The position numbers were made by a program, and so were the translations under genes. Under the pieces are notes generated by a model, which was not told where the DNA came from, ran no database searches, and saw only the letters and a list, made by a program, of their open reading frames with translations. From an uncultured Chloroflexia bacterium (GTDB lineage Bacteria; Chloroflexota; Limnocylindria; Limnocylindrales; CSP1-4), in the NCBI GenBank assembly GCA_963779315.1, contig CAVZXQ010000002.1:53204-117203 (forward strand): a DNA stretch of 64,000 nt, given 5' to 3'. Positions within the stretch are counted from its first letter, which is position 1, and every line of letters starts with the position of its first letter. Positions 11,146-20,809 of this stretch are shown here, in pieces.

Positions 11146-12419
11146 ATGTATCCTCTACCGGTTCCCTTCAACCATCGACAACGCCACCTCGGAGCGCCCG
11201 TGCCCGCCAGTACCGTCCTTCTGCTCGATACCGACGCAACGTACGCCGAGTCCATCTCGTCCGTCCTGACCGCAGTCGGCTACTCGGTGACGACGACCGC
11301 CGATGCCGACGAGGCGTTCAAGCTGACGGCGGCCAACCACCTCGTGATCCTCGACGTCGTCGGCGGGGCGCGATCCGCAGCGGAGTTGTGCCGCGAGATC
11401 AGGAACACGCCCACGCTGGCCGGGATCCCGGTCCTGTGCATCGGCCAATCCGACGATGTCGAGGAGCGGATCGGCTTCCTGGAGGCAGGCGCCGACGACG
11501 TCATCGCCAAGCCGTTCGATCCGCGTGAGCTGGAGGCCCGCGTCGAGGCCTTGCTCCTTCGGTTCCAGCGTTCCAAGGACCTGTCGCCCATCGTCTCCGC
11601 CGACGGCCTGACGCTCGCCAGGGCCCGCCGGATGGTCGTCTGCTTCAGCCCGAAGGGTGGCGTCGGGACGACGACCATCGCAGTCAACATCGCCGTCACG
11701 GCGGCGGCACGTCGACCGGAGCAGGTCGTCCTGATCGACCTGGACCTCCAGTTCGGCGGCGCCGCGACACACCTGGACCTGACGCCAAAGCAGACCCTCG
11801 CCGAGGTCACGCGGGAACCCGCCGCCCTTCGCGAGCCCGAGCTGCTGCGCTCGTACGCGACGCATCACTCGAGCGGTCTCCACGTGCTGCCGGCCCCCGC
11901 CACGCCGGAGATGGCGGACCTGGTCACGCACGGCGCACGTCGAAGCGTTGCTGAACGTCGCTCTGGATGCTTATGACCTCGTCATCATCGACGCGGGATC
12001 GCACCTCGATGAGCGCGTCATGACCGTCTTCGAACACGCCGAGACCGTGGTCATGCCGGTCTGCCCGGAGATGGGTGCGCTCAAGTCGATGCACGCCCTG
12101 CTCGACTACCTCAGCGAGACCGGGTCCGTGAGCGCCAAGTCGATGTTCGTCCTCAACAACCTGTTCGCTCGAGAGATCCTGAAACTGCGCGATATCGAGA
12201 CGGCGCTCGGCCAGAAGATCACCGCCGACCTGCCCTATGACCCGTTCATCTACCTCAAGGCCATCAACGAAGGCGTCCCGGTCGTCATCGGCGCCCCGAA
12301 GTCCCAGGCGGCGGAGCGACTGGCCAAGTTGAGTGCAAGCGCGTTCGGCGAGGACGGCTACCAGGTCCCACGCGTCGGCCAAGAAGTCGGGTGGCCTCTT
12401 CGGGCGTCGCAGGGGCTGA
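11146..12419 (+). CDS. Response-regulator receiver domain fused to a CpaE/TadZ-type (MinD/ParA-like) ATPase; at least 2 frame changes, 3' end uncertain
   Basis: ORF 11008..11976 holds the receiver domain (VLLLDTD, HLVILDV, DDVIAKPFDPRELEARV) followed by the deviant Walker A SPKGGVGTTTIAVN. The protein continues in ORF 11948..13042 (LVIIDAG, VMPVCPEMGALKS, FVLNN). Possible starts are ATG 11146 or GTG 11200 (GGAG 5 nt upstream). One break is near 11935. The listed ORF reads through tRNA-Leu, so a further shift is required. One option gives ..KKSGGLFGRRRG ending with TGA at 12417-12419. Confidence 0.75.
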
Positions 12420-12733
12420 CCCGCGTCCGATCGGAGGCGGGCCGTGCGCCGGGCCGAGTCGGAGCTCGTGACAAGCCACCGGCGCGACCCGCGATCGGCG
12501 CGGCCCGCCAAACCGCCAGATGTCGGTCGCTGTCGACGTTAGGCGCGCTCGTCGACCCACCGCGTCGGGCGATCCGTCGATCTGGCGCTCGATCCACGCT
12601 CGGCGAGAGATCGAAACCGGTCGTCGGACAGGCCATCAGGCCACAGGATGCACCCAAGGGCGTCCTCGGGCGACATCTGGCGGCACCGTCACCTCCCATC
12701 AGCGGCGCGGCACTCCGCTACCCTTCGTCGCAG

Positions 12734-12820
12734 GCCGGAGTGGCGGAATTGGCATACGCAGCGGACTTAAAACCCGCGGCCCGCAAGGGATTCCGAGTTC
12801 GAATCTCGGCTCCGGCACCA
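12734..12820 (+). tRNA. tRNA-Leu (anticodon TAA), CCA encoded
   Basis: Hand-folded. The acceptor is GCCGGAG/CTCCGGC, the anticodon loop CTTAAAA, the long variable arm GGCCCGCAAGGGATT and the T arm CCGAG-TTCGAAT-CTCGG, with discriminator A plus CCA. Confidence 0.9.
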
Positions 12821-12948
12821 TCAACAGCGCTAGCGGTCCGGGCCGAGCGGGGGCGCGCCTTGATGACCGTCGGCACTAGCCATCGGTCGCCGATGCAGAG
12901 CATCCTCCTTGGGCTACCGGTGCGCCTTCGCTACGAGGCGTCGGACGA

Positions 12949-13605
12949 TTGCGACTGTATGGCTTGGTCCTCATCGCGGCGGCCCTGGCGGCCGCGTGTG
13001 CCATACCCGGGACACGCTCGTCGCCTCCGACAACGAGCCTGATCGCAACCCCGACACCGATCACCTCGGCAGCGACCTCGGTCAGCCCGATGCCAACCGC
13101 CAAGCCGTCGGCGGCCCGACTCAGTCCGCCGCCGACTCGGGCACCGGAGCCTGCATCCACGCCCACCGGCACTCCCATGCTCATCGCGGGCTGGCCCTCC
13201 GCCAGTCGGGCGGGTGTCGCGATGTTCGGCACCGACGACGACATCTATGCGCCCATGGAAAGCGGTCGACTGAGTCTCGCGGTCAGAGTTACCGGCCTGT
13301 CGCCAGGCGAGCCGCTGGCGATCGTCGCGACCGGGGAGTACGAACACGCCTGGTTCTGTGGTTCGCAGCCGGGGCACACCTTCCTGGGCGCGACCGAGGG
13401 GACGGCCAAGGACTCCGGACGCGCATTGGCCAGGAGCGACGGTACGGTCACGCTCCGGGTCGAGCTCGTCGCAACGCCGCCTGCAGAAGCCTGTCCTGTC
13501 GAAGCCGAAGCGCCATGGGCGTCGGCCGGCTGGTCAAACGTAAGGGTCACGGATGCGACGCACCGGATCGTACTGACGCCGCCGGAGATCGTTACCGGGC
13601 CTTAG
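12949..13605 (+). CDS. Hypothetical lipoprotein
   Basis: Intact 218-aa ORF with a TTG start and GAGG 10 nt upstream. It has a signal peptide with the lipobox LAAAC, an S/T/P-rich linker and a Cys-containing globular domain. I recognise no family. Confidence 0.6.
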   Translation: MRLYGLVLIAAALAAACAIPGTRSSPPTTSLIATPTPITSAATSVSPMPTAKPSAARLSPPPTRAPEPASTPTGTPMLIAGWPSASRAGVAMFGTDDDIYAPMESGRLSLAVRVTGLSPGEPLAIVATGEYEHAWFCGSQPGHTFLGATEGTAKDSGRALARSDGTVTLRVELVATPPAEACPVEAEAPWASAGWSNVRVTDATHRIVLTPPEIVTGP

Positions 13606-13726
13606 GCTCAGCGCGCGCCGCGAGCGGCCATCGGTCCGGACCGACCGGGGCCATGACGCTCTTGCGTCACCCGATCCTCACCGCGATCGTCCTGACAGCA
13701 GACGTCCTGCGGATTGAAGGAGCCAC

Positions 13727-15057
13727 ATGTCGGTGAGGCACTCGATCCCTTCGGTTCTCATCGCATTCTCGGTCGCCGCTTGTTCGGTGGCCTCCACGCC
13801 GTCGCTTCCGCTCGCCACGCCGAGCGTCACGACGATGGAGGCGCCCACAGCCACCTCCTCACCCACTCGAACGGCGAGCCCAGCTCCCAGCGCCAGGGCG
13901 ACGACACCGGCTGCCACGACTCGTCCCAGTGCCACGGTCTCGGAGACCGCCGAGCTCGAGTGGGGCAAGCCATCCCGTATCGCTGACCTATGGGTCGACG
14001 TGGCCAAGCTCACTCGAGTGCCGGCCGGGTTCGTGCTGCTCACACCGGGGACCTCGAACATGTGGTTCTCGCCTGACAGCCGGAACTGGGGGTCGGTCGA
14101 CCTCGGCGGTCTGGACATCCACATCGTGTCGATCGCCGGCGTGACCCAGTCCGGAAGCCGCATGGTCGCGGTCGGCGCGGAGACGTTCGCGAACGCCGAC
14201 GGGTCGTCCGCGAGCGACGCCCTCGTCCTCCTCTCGGACGACGGCCGACACTGGCCGCAGATCGCTAACCCGCGGTTCAAGAACGCGCAGATGGAGCTCG
14301 TCGGCAGCACTCGACAGGGCATCGTCGCATTCGGATGGACATCCGCGTATGAACCCGCCATCTGGACCTCGCCCGACGGATCGTCGTGGATTCGTGCGAC
14401 GAACGAGAGCGGGCTTGCGGTCGCCCGCGGTGTGACCACGCTGGCCGAGCGGGACGGCGCCCTGCTCGCCTTCGTCGGCGTGGGCGCGACCGAGCAGCGG
14501 CCCACCACCAACGTCGAGGTCTGGCGGACGGAAGGGCGAGCCGAGTGGCAGCGGATCGGCGAACTGCCACGGTCAGCCGGGATGACAGTGAACCAGGCGG
14601 TATACGGGAACGGCCGCTGGTATGCGTTCGGGTGGAAGCGATTCGAAACCGACAAGCCGGTGGCGTGGACATCGCCGGACGGTGCCACGTGGACGCAGGT
14701 GAAGGTGCCAGAGGCCTGGTCCATGTGGGGATCACTGACCTTGCGGGCTTCGAGGGTGGCTTCATCGCCGTGGCAGCGGAGGGGGATGCCCCCGGGGATA
14801 CGTGCGGTTCGGGCATGCCGTATGTCGGCCTCAGTTGGACGTCGTCCGATGGCCTTGCGTGGCACCAGCTGCCGCCGATCAAGGACGCGGCGATCCTCGC
14901 GTTGGCGACCGCAGACGACCACGTCCTTGGCATCGGGAATGCAACAAGCGGCGGGGCGCGCCGCTGGTGGGCGACGCTGCCCAAGTCGATCGCCGATCCA
15001 CCGCCAGAGCCGAAGATCAGCTCCCCGGCACCCGCGACGGGAGGTTGCGGGGGATAG
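13727..15057 (+). CDS. Lipoprotein with Asp-box (BNR-like) beta-propeller repeats; 1 frame change
   Basis: ATG 13727 follows AAGGAG. The lipobox is FSVAAC, followed by an S/T/P linker. Four S-x-D-G-x-x-W repeats are present: SDDGRHW, SPDGSSW, SPDGATW and SSDGLAW. ORF 13727..15142 joins the frame of ORF 14386..15057 near 14725. Confidence 0.7.
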
Positions 15058-15285
15058 CGGATTCGCGGCCGACCTCTCAGCTCCAGTCCCCCACCCGAGC
15101 GCTCGGGCCTCGGCCAGGAGCCGGAACCCGGGTACTTCATGACCAATGCCTCTTGGCAGCCGTAGTCGAAGGGTCGACACTCGCCACGTACCCGGGAGGC
15201 ACCGACGCGCGGCCCGTACACCGGCCGCCAGGACCGCGCCGAGCCACTGGCGAGACCGACCCGTCGCAGAGGAGGTCACGTCGCG

Positions 15286-15507
15286 ATGGACAGGCTGCGG
15301 AGCATCGATGTCGGGGCGATCCTCCTCGGGTTGATCATCCTCGGGGTGGGGATCTATTACACGCTCGTGAACGTGTTCGGTCTTCAGCTGGCAGAGCTGG
15401 ATTGGGACATGATCTGGCCGCTTGCCGTCGTCGCACTCGGGATCGGGATCCTGTGGGGTGCCTGGAGTCGGATCACTCCGCGCGGGCACGGGCCTACAGG
15501 CGTCTGA
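15286..15507 (+). CDS. Small two-TM membrane protein
   Basis: Intact 73-aa ORF with GAGGAGG upstream and two hydrophobic helices (GAILLGLIILGVGIYY and WPLAVVALGIGILWGAW). Confidence 0.55.
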   Translation: MDRLRSIDVGAILLGLIILGVGIYYTLVNVFGLQLAELDWDMIWPLAVVALGIGILWGAWSRITPRGHGPTGV

Positions 15508-15585
15508 CCGGGAGATCCGCCGGCTGGCCGGGGCTCAGCCGCGTACGCCGGCAACAGGGTGCACACGCACCTGCAGGAGGTCGAG

Positions 15586-15960
15586 ATGTCGCTCCCGTGG
15601 CGAGACCGGATCGCGACGCTACTCGTTGCGACGGCCACGCTCGTCTATGTACTCTGGCTCATGGGCCCACTCGGGGATCTCACGGCGAGTTCCGTCGCGG
15701 TGGTCGTGCTTGTACTCGGGTTCATCGCATCTGCCTCGGCGGTGGTTCCGGGGTTCGCTGCCCTCCTCTCGGGTTCAAAGTCCTATCTGGCACTCGCGTC
15801 GCTCGGCGGGCTGGTTGCGCTGGCGTGCGGCGTGCTGACCGTCGCCCAGGCGACCGAGCAAACGCTCGCACTCCTGGTGATCGCCACGATCGGGCTCTGG
15901 GCGGCCGCCACCGTCCGGCACACGGTCGTTCATCATCCGGGCGCGGTAGGGGTCGGCTGA
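15586..15960 (+). CDS. Hypothetical four-TM membrane protein
   Basis: ORF 15559..15960. The start is taken at ATG 15586 (MSLPWRD), 5 nt after AGGAGG. There are four hydrophobic segments. Confidence 0.55.
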   Translation: MSLPWRDRIATLLVATATLVYVLWLMGPLGDLTASSVAVVVLVLGFIASASAVVPGFAALLSGSKSYLALASLGGLVALACGVLTVAQATEQTLALLVIATIGLWAAATVRHTVVHHPGAVGVG

Positions 15961-15971
15961 AGCCCGTCCCC

Positions 15972-16841
15972 CTACCCCGCGCGTGAGTCGATGAACCGCA
16001 GCCAGTTGCGCAACTCGAGTTCGCGGATCTGCGGGTCGATGATGTCGTCGCCCACGTCGAATTCGGATCGCAGCTCTGCCGACTCCGGGTTGGCGGCGAG
16101 CTCCTTCATCCTGGCCGCATAGGTCGCGACGGCGGCTTCATCGGGGAAGAAGCCTTCCCGTACCAGGGCCTTGGCTCTCGCCGCGATCAGGCGCGCCATC
16201 TCGTGCAGGTTGTACTCGGGATGGTATTGGGTGGTCCAGAACGAGCCGGCACCATCTTCGATGACGGCGGCCTGGATGGGCGTGTGGGTGTTGGTGGCAA
16301 GCAGCGGCGTGCCTTCAGGCAGGCGCGCGACCTCGTCCAGATGCATGATGAACGCATCGAACACCGCGGGCTTTCCCGCCAGCATCGGCGAGGTTCGCGC
16401 GGCATCGGTCAGCTGGATGTCGCGCGCGATGCCCCACTCGCGACCGCGAGGGTTCACGGCTACGTCGCCACCGGCCACCAGTGACGCAAGCTGGAGACCC
16501 CAGCAACTTCCCCAACTGGCGGCTCCCGCCTGCATCAGCGCTCGCGCGAAGGAGATCTGCGCGGCGACCCGCGGGTCGTCCGTGTGATAGACGGTCAGGT
16601 CCGATCCTGTCCAGATGAACCCAGCGAAGTCGCCGATGGACGTGCCCGGCGGCAGCGCGAAGTCCGGGTCGGCGATGTAGACGATCTCGGTGGTCGCGTT
16701 GGGGGCTTCTCTTCGCAGGACGTCCTTGAACAGATCGTGGGGGTGACCCACGTCGGACCGGTCGAAGTTCTCGCGGCTGGCCGCCGGATAGCAGTTGACG
16801 ATGCAGAACCGGTGCGGCGCCAGTGTGGTGGGTGACGTCAA
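15972..16841 (-). CDS. Class I glutamine amidotransferase domain protein
   Basis: C-terminal 289 codons of ORF 15972..17540. It carries the nucleophile elbow GSCWGLQL and a His/Glu pair in YHPEY. The putative TTG start at 16841 overlaps the stop of the upstream GDPD gene (TTGA). Confidence 0.7.
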   Translation of the reverse strand: MTSPTTLAPHRFCIVNCYPAASRENFDRSDVGHPHDLFKDVLRREAPNATTEIVYIADPDFALPPGTSIGDFAGFIWTGSDLTVYHTDDPRVAAQISFARALMQAGAASWGSCWGLQLASLVAGGDVAVNPRGREWGIARDIQLTDAARTSPMLAGKPAVFDAFIMHLDEVARLPEGTPLLATNTHTPIQAAVIEDGAGSFWTTQYHPEYNLHEMARLIAARAKALVREGFFPDEAAVATYAARMKELAANPESAELRSEFDVGDDIIDPQIRELELRNWLRFIDSRAG

Positions 16842-17635
16842 CTTCGTGCCCTTCGCTGCGGGAAGTCGGTGATGAGACCGGTGATGCCGATCTCGACGAG
16901 CCGTGCGGCCGTCTCGGGATCGTTGACAGTGTATGGGTTGAGCCTGTTCCCAAGGGCAAGCTGCTCCTCGATCTGCTCGATGGAGAGGCGCGTGATCCGG
17001 GGATTGAACGTATCGAAGAACGGGTCGCTGAAGTCGATGGGGTCTTCCGGGAAGAGGCCCAGGATGGCCTGCACCTCGAAGTCGGGCCGGCGTTGCTTGA
17101 CCGCCTTCAGCCAGGCGTGCCGGGCGGACGAGAACAGCAGATGATCGGGCCCGATCCCCACCTCCTCCGCCAACGCGAGGACGGCGCCGACCACATCGAA
17201 GGCATCCTTGGGCTTGGGCTGGGCCTTGAGCTCGAGGTTGAGGAACCAGTCCAGCTCGAGCGTCAGTTCGAAGGCTTCCCGAAGCGTCGGGACCTGCTCG
17301 CCGATGTAGGCGGACAGATCGCTGCGCTCGACGGCGCCGGCGGCGACCTGTCCGAAGGGATCGTCGCGTTCGAACCAGGACCCGGCGTCGAGTGATCGGA
17401 TCTCGGCCAGGGTGTACGTCGAGAACGGGGCGGGAACGCGGTCCGGGAACTTCTCGGCGACGTCGGTCGTGCGTGTCATCGCATCGTCGTGCATCAGGAC
17501 GAGTCGATCGTCCGCGGTCACCGCGACGTCGGTCTCCCACAGGTCGGCACCGACCGCGTGCGCCTTTCGGGCCGAGGCGAGGGTGTTCTCCGGAGCGAGG
17601 CTCCGCGCGCCTCGGTGGGCGATGATGGCGACCAT
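16838..17635 (-). CDS. Glycerophosphodiester phosphodiesterase family protein
   Basis: Last 265 codons of ORF 16838..18226, from MVAIIAHRGARSLAPENT (ATG 17635). It also has LWETDVAVTADDRLVLMHD and the C-terminal GITGLITDFP. Confidence 0.8.
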   Translation of the reverse strand: MVAIIAHRGARSLAPENTLASARKAHAVGADLWETDVAVTADDRLVLMHDDAMTRTTDVAEKFPDRVPAPFSTYTLAEIRSLDAGSWFERDDPFGQVAAGAVERSDLSAYIGEQVPTLREAFELTLELDWFLNLELKAQPKPKDAFDVVGAVLALAEEVGIGPDHLLFSSARHAWLKAVKQRRPDFEVQAILGLFPEDPIDFSDPFFDTFNPRITRLSIEQIEEQLALGNRLNPYTVNDPETAARLVEIGITGLITDFPQRRARS

Positions 17636-17671
17636 ACGAAAGCGATCGTAGCAGTGCCGAACGGAGGCGTC

Positions 17672-18723
17672 GTGGGGTTCATCGTGGTGCGGGCGACGGG
17701 CACGCCGTTCGAGCGCGGGCGGGCCATCGGCCGAGGGCTCGGTGGGCAGATCCACGAGTCGCTCGGCTTCGTCGACCGCTACCTCGAGACGCACGGCATC
17801 GGCACGGACGCGCTCGACCAGATCCTCGCGCCGTACGTCGCGGCATCCGAGGCGGCCCTGCCACACCTGGTCGAGCAGCTGCGCGGCATCGCCGACGGCG
17901 CCGACCAGCCGTTCGCCAAGGTCATGGCGGCCAACGCGTTCGAGGAGATCTACGGGCAGGTCGAGCTCGGCGTCGGGAGCGTCGTCCCCGCTCGAGCGAT
18001 GCACCGACGTGGTGGTGGACGGCGCTGACGGGCCGCTGCTGGGCCACACCGAGCAGTGGTACGCGGGCGACCAGGGCGCCGTCGGGATCGTGATCGACGT
18101 CCCGGACGACGGTCCGGCGGTGCTCGCGCCCGTCGTGGCCGGCACGCTCCCGCTGGTCGGGATCAACGAGTACGGGGTCGCCGTCGGTGCGATGTCGCTG
18201 TCGGCGCGCGACGAGCGCGTCGGCATCCCGCGGGCGCTCGTCGCCCGCGACGTGCTCGATGCCCGGGATGCCGCGGACGCGACGGCCCGCGCGACGCGGC
18301 CGGGGCGCGCCGGCGGCTACTCCTACCAGCTGGCGTTCCCCGATGAGGCGGCCCGGGTCGTGGAGACGACGGGGACCCGCGATGCTGCCTTCGCGGCCAA
18401 CGTCCACACGAACCACGCGCTCGATGCCTCAGTCGCCGAGGTGACCTTCCCGCCGTCGCCCGGCAGCCTGGGGCGCTACGCGCGCGCGGCCTCCCTCGTC
18501 GGGACGGCGGAGCCGACGATGGCGGGCGTCATCGCGATCCTCGCGGACCACGAGGCCGGAGCCGCAGAGCATCTGCGTCCATCCGGATCCCGCCGATGGC
18601 GACGAGGGATCGACGATCCTGTTCGCCATGGTCGCCGAGCCGGCCCGGCGCTCGCTGACGATCGCCTCCGGGCACGCCTGCACCGGGTCGTTCGAGACGT
18701 TCCTCCTCGACGAGCTCCGCTGA
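17672..18723 (+). CDS. C45-family (acyl-CoA:6-APA acyltransferase-like) Ntn hydrolase; 2 frame changes
   Basis: GTG 17672 follows GGAGG. The sequence GFIVVRATGTPFERGRAIGRGLG.. lies in ORF 17489..18028. The autoprocessing-type Cys (LERCTDVVV), LVGINEYGVAVGAMS and YSYQLAF lie in ORF 17742..18965. The tail ..FAMVAEPARRSLTIASGHACTGSFETFLLDELR ends at TGA 18721-18723. Breaks lie near 17990 and 18570. Confidence 0.7.
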
Positions 18724-18983
18724 GCCAGTCGATCGTGAAGCGCCCTGCACGCGGCTCTGTTGCTGGACGGTGTGCGGCCCGGATCGAATGCCGACTCGCA
18801 CTTCTGCCTGTACCAGAGCGGAGACGCGACACGTCACGGCGGGGCGTAGGATGCGGGCCATGGACAGAGTCGGGTGCCCGTTCGCTGCGGTGGTCGCGAT
18901 CCTCGTCGCGATCAGCCTGCACCTCGCGCCCAAGGGTGCCGTCACAGGGATCTGCCGTCGAGTGACGAGTCGACCGACGTAAG

Positions 18984-19030
18984 CGGTCCGAAGGACCCGC
19001 CATCCTCTGGCGGCGGGATCGCACCGGGAG
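18984..19030 (-). repeat. REP-like GC-rich element, copy just 3' of the DUF805 gene
   Basis: The minus strand reads GCGATCCCGCCGCCAGAGGATGGCGGGTCCTTCGGACCGC. It shares the GCGATCCCGCC core with the copies at 27047, 28062 and 30762. It contains two short hairpins (CCCGCC/GGCGGG and GGTCC/GGACC). Confidence 0.45.
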
Positions 19031-19076
19031 CAGGGGCGCCTGTGCCAGCCCGGTTGAATGGCGGAGTCGTTCAGGT

Positions 19077-19500
19077 CTAGCCCCTTGGAGTGACCCAACC
19101 GTCCCCGGATGGTGCGGCCGGCGTGAACGCCTGTTCACCGGTATGGCCATATGGGTTCGGGCCGTACTGGTTGGCGCCTTGGTCGCTCGCCAACACCATG
19201 AAGTAGAGAAGGATGAAGGCGCCGACGTACGGGATCAGCGTGATGAGGTACCACCAGCCCGTGCGGTTCGTGTCGTGGAGCCGCCGCACGGTCACCGTCA
19301 GCTGCGGGATGAGCGCGCCGAGGAGCAGGACGAGGAACAGGACCGCAAAGACGGGTGCCAGCATCACCATCGCCAGGGACGGCTCCGAACTCAGCGATCG
19401 CCAGGGCCAGGGCGAACGACCAGAACTCCTTCCGGCTGGACCGACCGGAGAAGACGAAGTACTTGCGCAAGGGCGCTTGGGCGGCCTCGAGAAACGTCAT
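19077..19500 (-). CDS. DUF805 (YhaH-like) inner membrane protein; 1 frame change
   Basis: MTFLEAAQAPLRKYFVFSGRSSRKEFWSFAL lies inside ORF 19135..19965 (ATG 19500). ORF 19077..19370 supplies the signature VRRLHDTNRTGWWYLI. The break is near 19375. Confidence 0.75.
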
Positions 19501-19657
19501 CGCTCGAACTCCTGGGTTCGTGTTCGAGCAGGTGCCCGAACGTCTGCCCGATCGTGGTCGGCCATCCGAGCCGGAGTCCCTCCCCCGTTTGTCTGAGTAG
19601 ACCCCGGACCGCCGGCCGCCCCTGCTACCGTGTCGGCATGGCGGGGCGACCAGTCCG

Positions 19658-19831
19658 ATGACCCTGGAGATGTACGTCATCACGGCCGTCGCGTGCGCGT
19701 TGGCCGGCGCGATGCTTGTCCTCTTGGGCGGTCGATGTCTTTGGAGGCTCGCGGGCGCCGCGCTCGTCGCGCTCGGGCTCATGTTGCTCTTCCTGTTGGT
19801 CCGCGGAGCCGGGGGACTCGTGTTGATGTGA
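19658..19831 (+). CDS. Possible 57-aa two-TM peptide (below the ORF-track cutoff)
   Basis: My own translation: MTLEMYVITAVACALAGAMLVLLGGRCLWRLAGAALVALGLMLLFLLVRGAGGLVLM, followed by a stop. There is no clear RBS and no homology evidence. Confidence 0.2.
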   Translation: MTLEMYVITAVACALAGAMLVLLGGRCLWRLAGAALVALGLMLLFLLVRGAGGLVLM

Positions 19832-20043
19832 ACCCCGGGTTCGGGGTCTCGCAACTTCCGCTGCATCGACCAGGCGGCGTCTGTTCGCGCGTGGATCGCA
19901 CGCTGCCGAGCCAGAGACATGAAGAAACGGCCCGTAGGACTGAGACGGGCGGCTTCGTAGGTCATTCGACCGATGACGCCCGCAGGGCAATCGCCGAAGG
20001 TCGGCTGGCCAAGGTGTGACCCTCAGAGTCGGAAGGAAGGATC

Positions 20044-20430
20044 ATGATCCGATCGTCAGGTTCGCGGATCGCCGCATGGTCGGCAGGAGCGGTGCTGTTA
20101 GCGATGTTGGTGCCGGGCATCGCGCTGGCGCAGCCGGTGAAGTCCGTGGGCTTCCCTATCGATGTCGTCGCGACCGTGAACGGTGATTCGGTGTCGATCA
20201 TCGTCGACATCGAGCGCACGCCAAAACAGATCGTGTCGTGCACCTACTGGATCGACGGCGGTCCAGCGACCGATTGTGGGACGGCCGGTGCGGTGGGTAG
20301 GAAGGCCGCTCGTTACTCGATCGCGCTGACCAGCCAGCCTGTCGGCGACCACACCGTCGACGTCAAGATCTGGACGGCTCGGGAGCCGGGGAGTGGCCGC
20401 GCGTTGTTCACCATCCTCGCCCCGGGTTGA
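20044..20430 (+). CDS. Hypothetical secreted protein
   Basis: Intact 128-aa ORF with GGAAGGAAGGA upstream. It has a signal peptide with an ALA-QP cleavage motif, then a beta-rich domain with 2 Cys. Confidence 0.6.
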   Translation: MIRSSGSRIAAWSAGAVLLAMLVPGIALAQPVKSVGFPIDVVATVNGDSVSIIVDIERTPKQIVSCTYWIDGGPATDCGTAGAVGRKAARYSIALTSQPVGDHTVDVKIWTAREPGSGRALFTILAPG

Positions 20431-20461
20431 TCGGGGGCCCGCACGGAATCCTCGAGCGAAC

Positions 20462-20492
20462 GAAGACCCGCTGGGTCACCCAGCGGGTCTTC
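20462..20492. terminator. Perfect 14-bp stem / 3-nt loop hairpin between convergent units
   Basis: GAAGACCCGCTGGG-TCA-CCCAGCGGGTCTTC lies 30 nt after the stop of 20044..20430 and 15 nt past the 3' end of tRNA-Cys. There is no clean U-tract on either strand. Confidence 0.45.
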
Positions 20493-20506
20493 TCCTGTCA
20501 TGGATG

Positions 20507-20583
20507 TGGAGGCGACGAGCGGATTCGAACCGCTGAATAGAGGTTTTGCAGACCTCCGTGTTAAGCCACTTCACCACGTCGCC
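20507..20583 (-). tRNA. tRNA-Cys (GCA), CCA encoded
   Basis: Hand-folded. The acceptor is GGCGACG/CGTCGCC, the anticodon stem GAGGT/ACCTC with loop CTGCAAA, and the T loop GGTTCGAATCC. Confidence 0.9.
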
Positions 20584-20614
20584 ACGTGGACTTCGCGCGG
20601 GCCGTCCTGGTGGA

Positions 20615-20688
20615 TGGCTGCCCCTCGAGGGTTCGAACCTCGGTTCACGGATTCAAAGTCCGCTGTCCTACCACTAGACGAAGGGGCA
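20615..20688 (-). tRNA. tRNA-Gln (TTG), CCA encoded
   Basis: Hand-folded. The acceptor is TGCCCCT/AGGGGCA (a U1-A72 pair, as is usual for bacterial Gln), the anticodon loop CTTTGAA and the T arm CGAGG-TTCGAAC-CCTCG. Confidence 0.9.
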
Positions 20689-20708
20689 GCGGTCCGCGAT
20701 GCGAAGAA

Positions 20709-20784
20709 TGGAGCGGAAGACGGGACTCGAACCCGCGACCCTCACCTTGGCAAGGTGATGCTCTACCAACTGAGCCACTTCCGC
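20709..20784 (-). tRNA. tRNA-Gly (GCC), CCA encoded
   Basis: Hand-folded. The acceptor is GCGGAAG/CTTCCGC, the anticodon stem TCACC/GGTGA with loop TTGCCAA, and the T loop TTCGAGT. Confidence 0.9.
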
Positions 20785-20809
20785 CCGGAACGCTTCGCCC
20801 ACCCGTAGG

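Noticed and set aside
12539-12676. A 45-codon minus-strand ORF (MSPEDALGCILWPDGLSDDRFRSLAER..) with GGGAGGTGA upstream, between the CpaE-like gene and tRNA-Leu.
   Set aside because: It is too short and has no recognisable family. The surrounding sequence may belong to the frame-shifted 3' end of the CpaE-like gene.
11948-13042. ORF 11948..13042 taken at face value as a 364-aa protein.
   Set aside because: It reads straight through tRNA-Leu (12734-12820). Only its first roughly 140 codons look like the CpaE C-terminus. The rest is read-through caused by a missed frame change.
13678-15489. Very long ORFs antisense to, or out of frame with, real genes. Examples are 13678..15489 (-), 1031..2479 (+), 1098..2927 (+), 36668..38944 (+), 46186..47862 (+), 47947..49272 (+), 39690..40412 (+) and 4634..6001 (-).
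   Set aside because: Their translations are Arg/Pro/Gly/Ala-rich and have no motifs. They overlap genes with strong family signatures on the other strand or in another frame. These are the shadow ORFs expected at about 70% GC.
18770-18982. ORF 18770..18982 (+), with an internal 43-aa single-TM version starting at MRAMDRVG.
   Set aside because: It has a weak RBS and no family signature. It overlaps the REP-like element region downstream of the DUF805 gene, so the support is insufficient.
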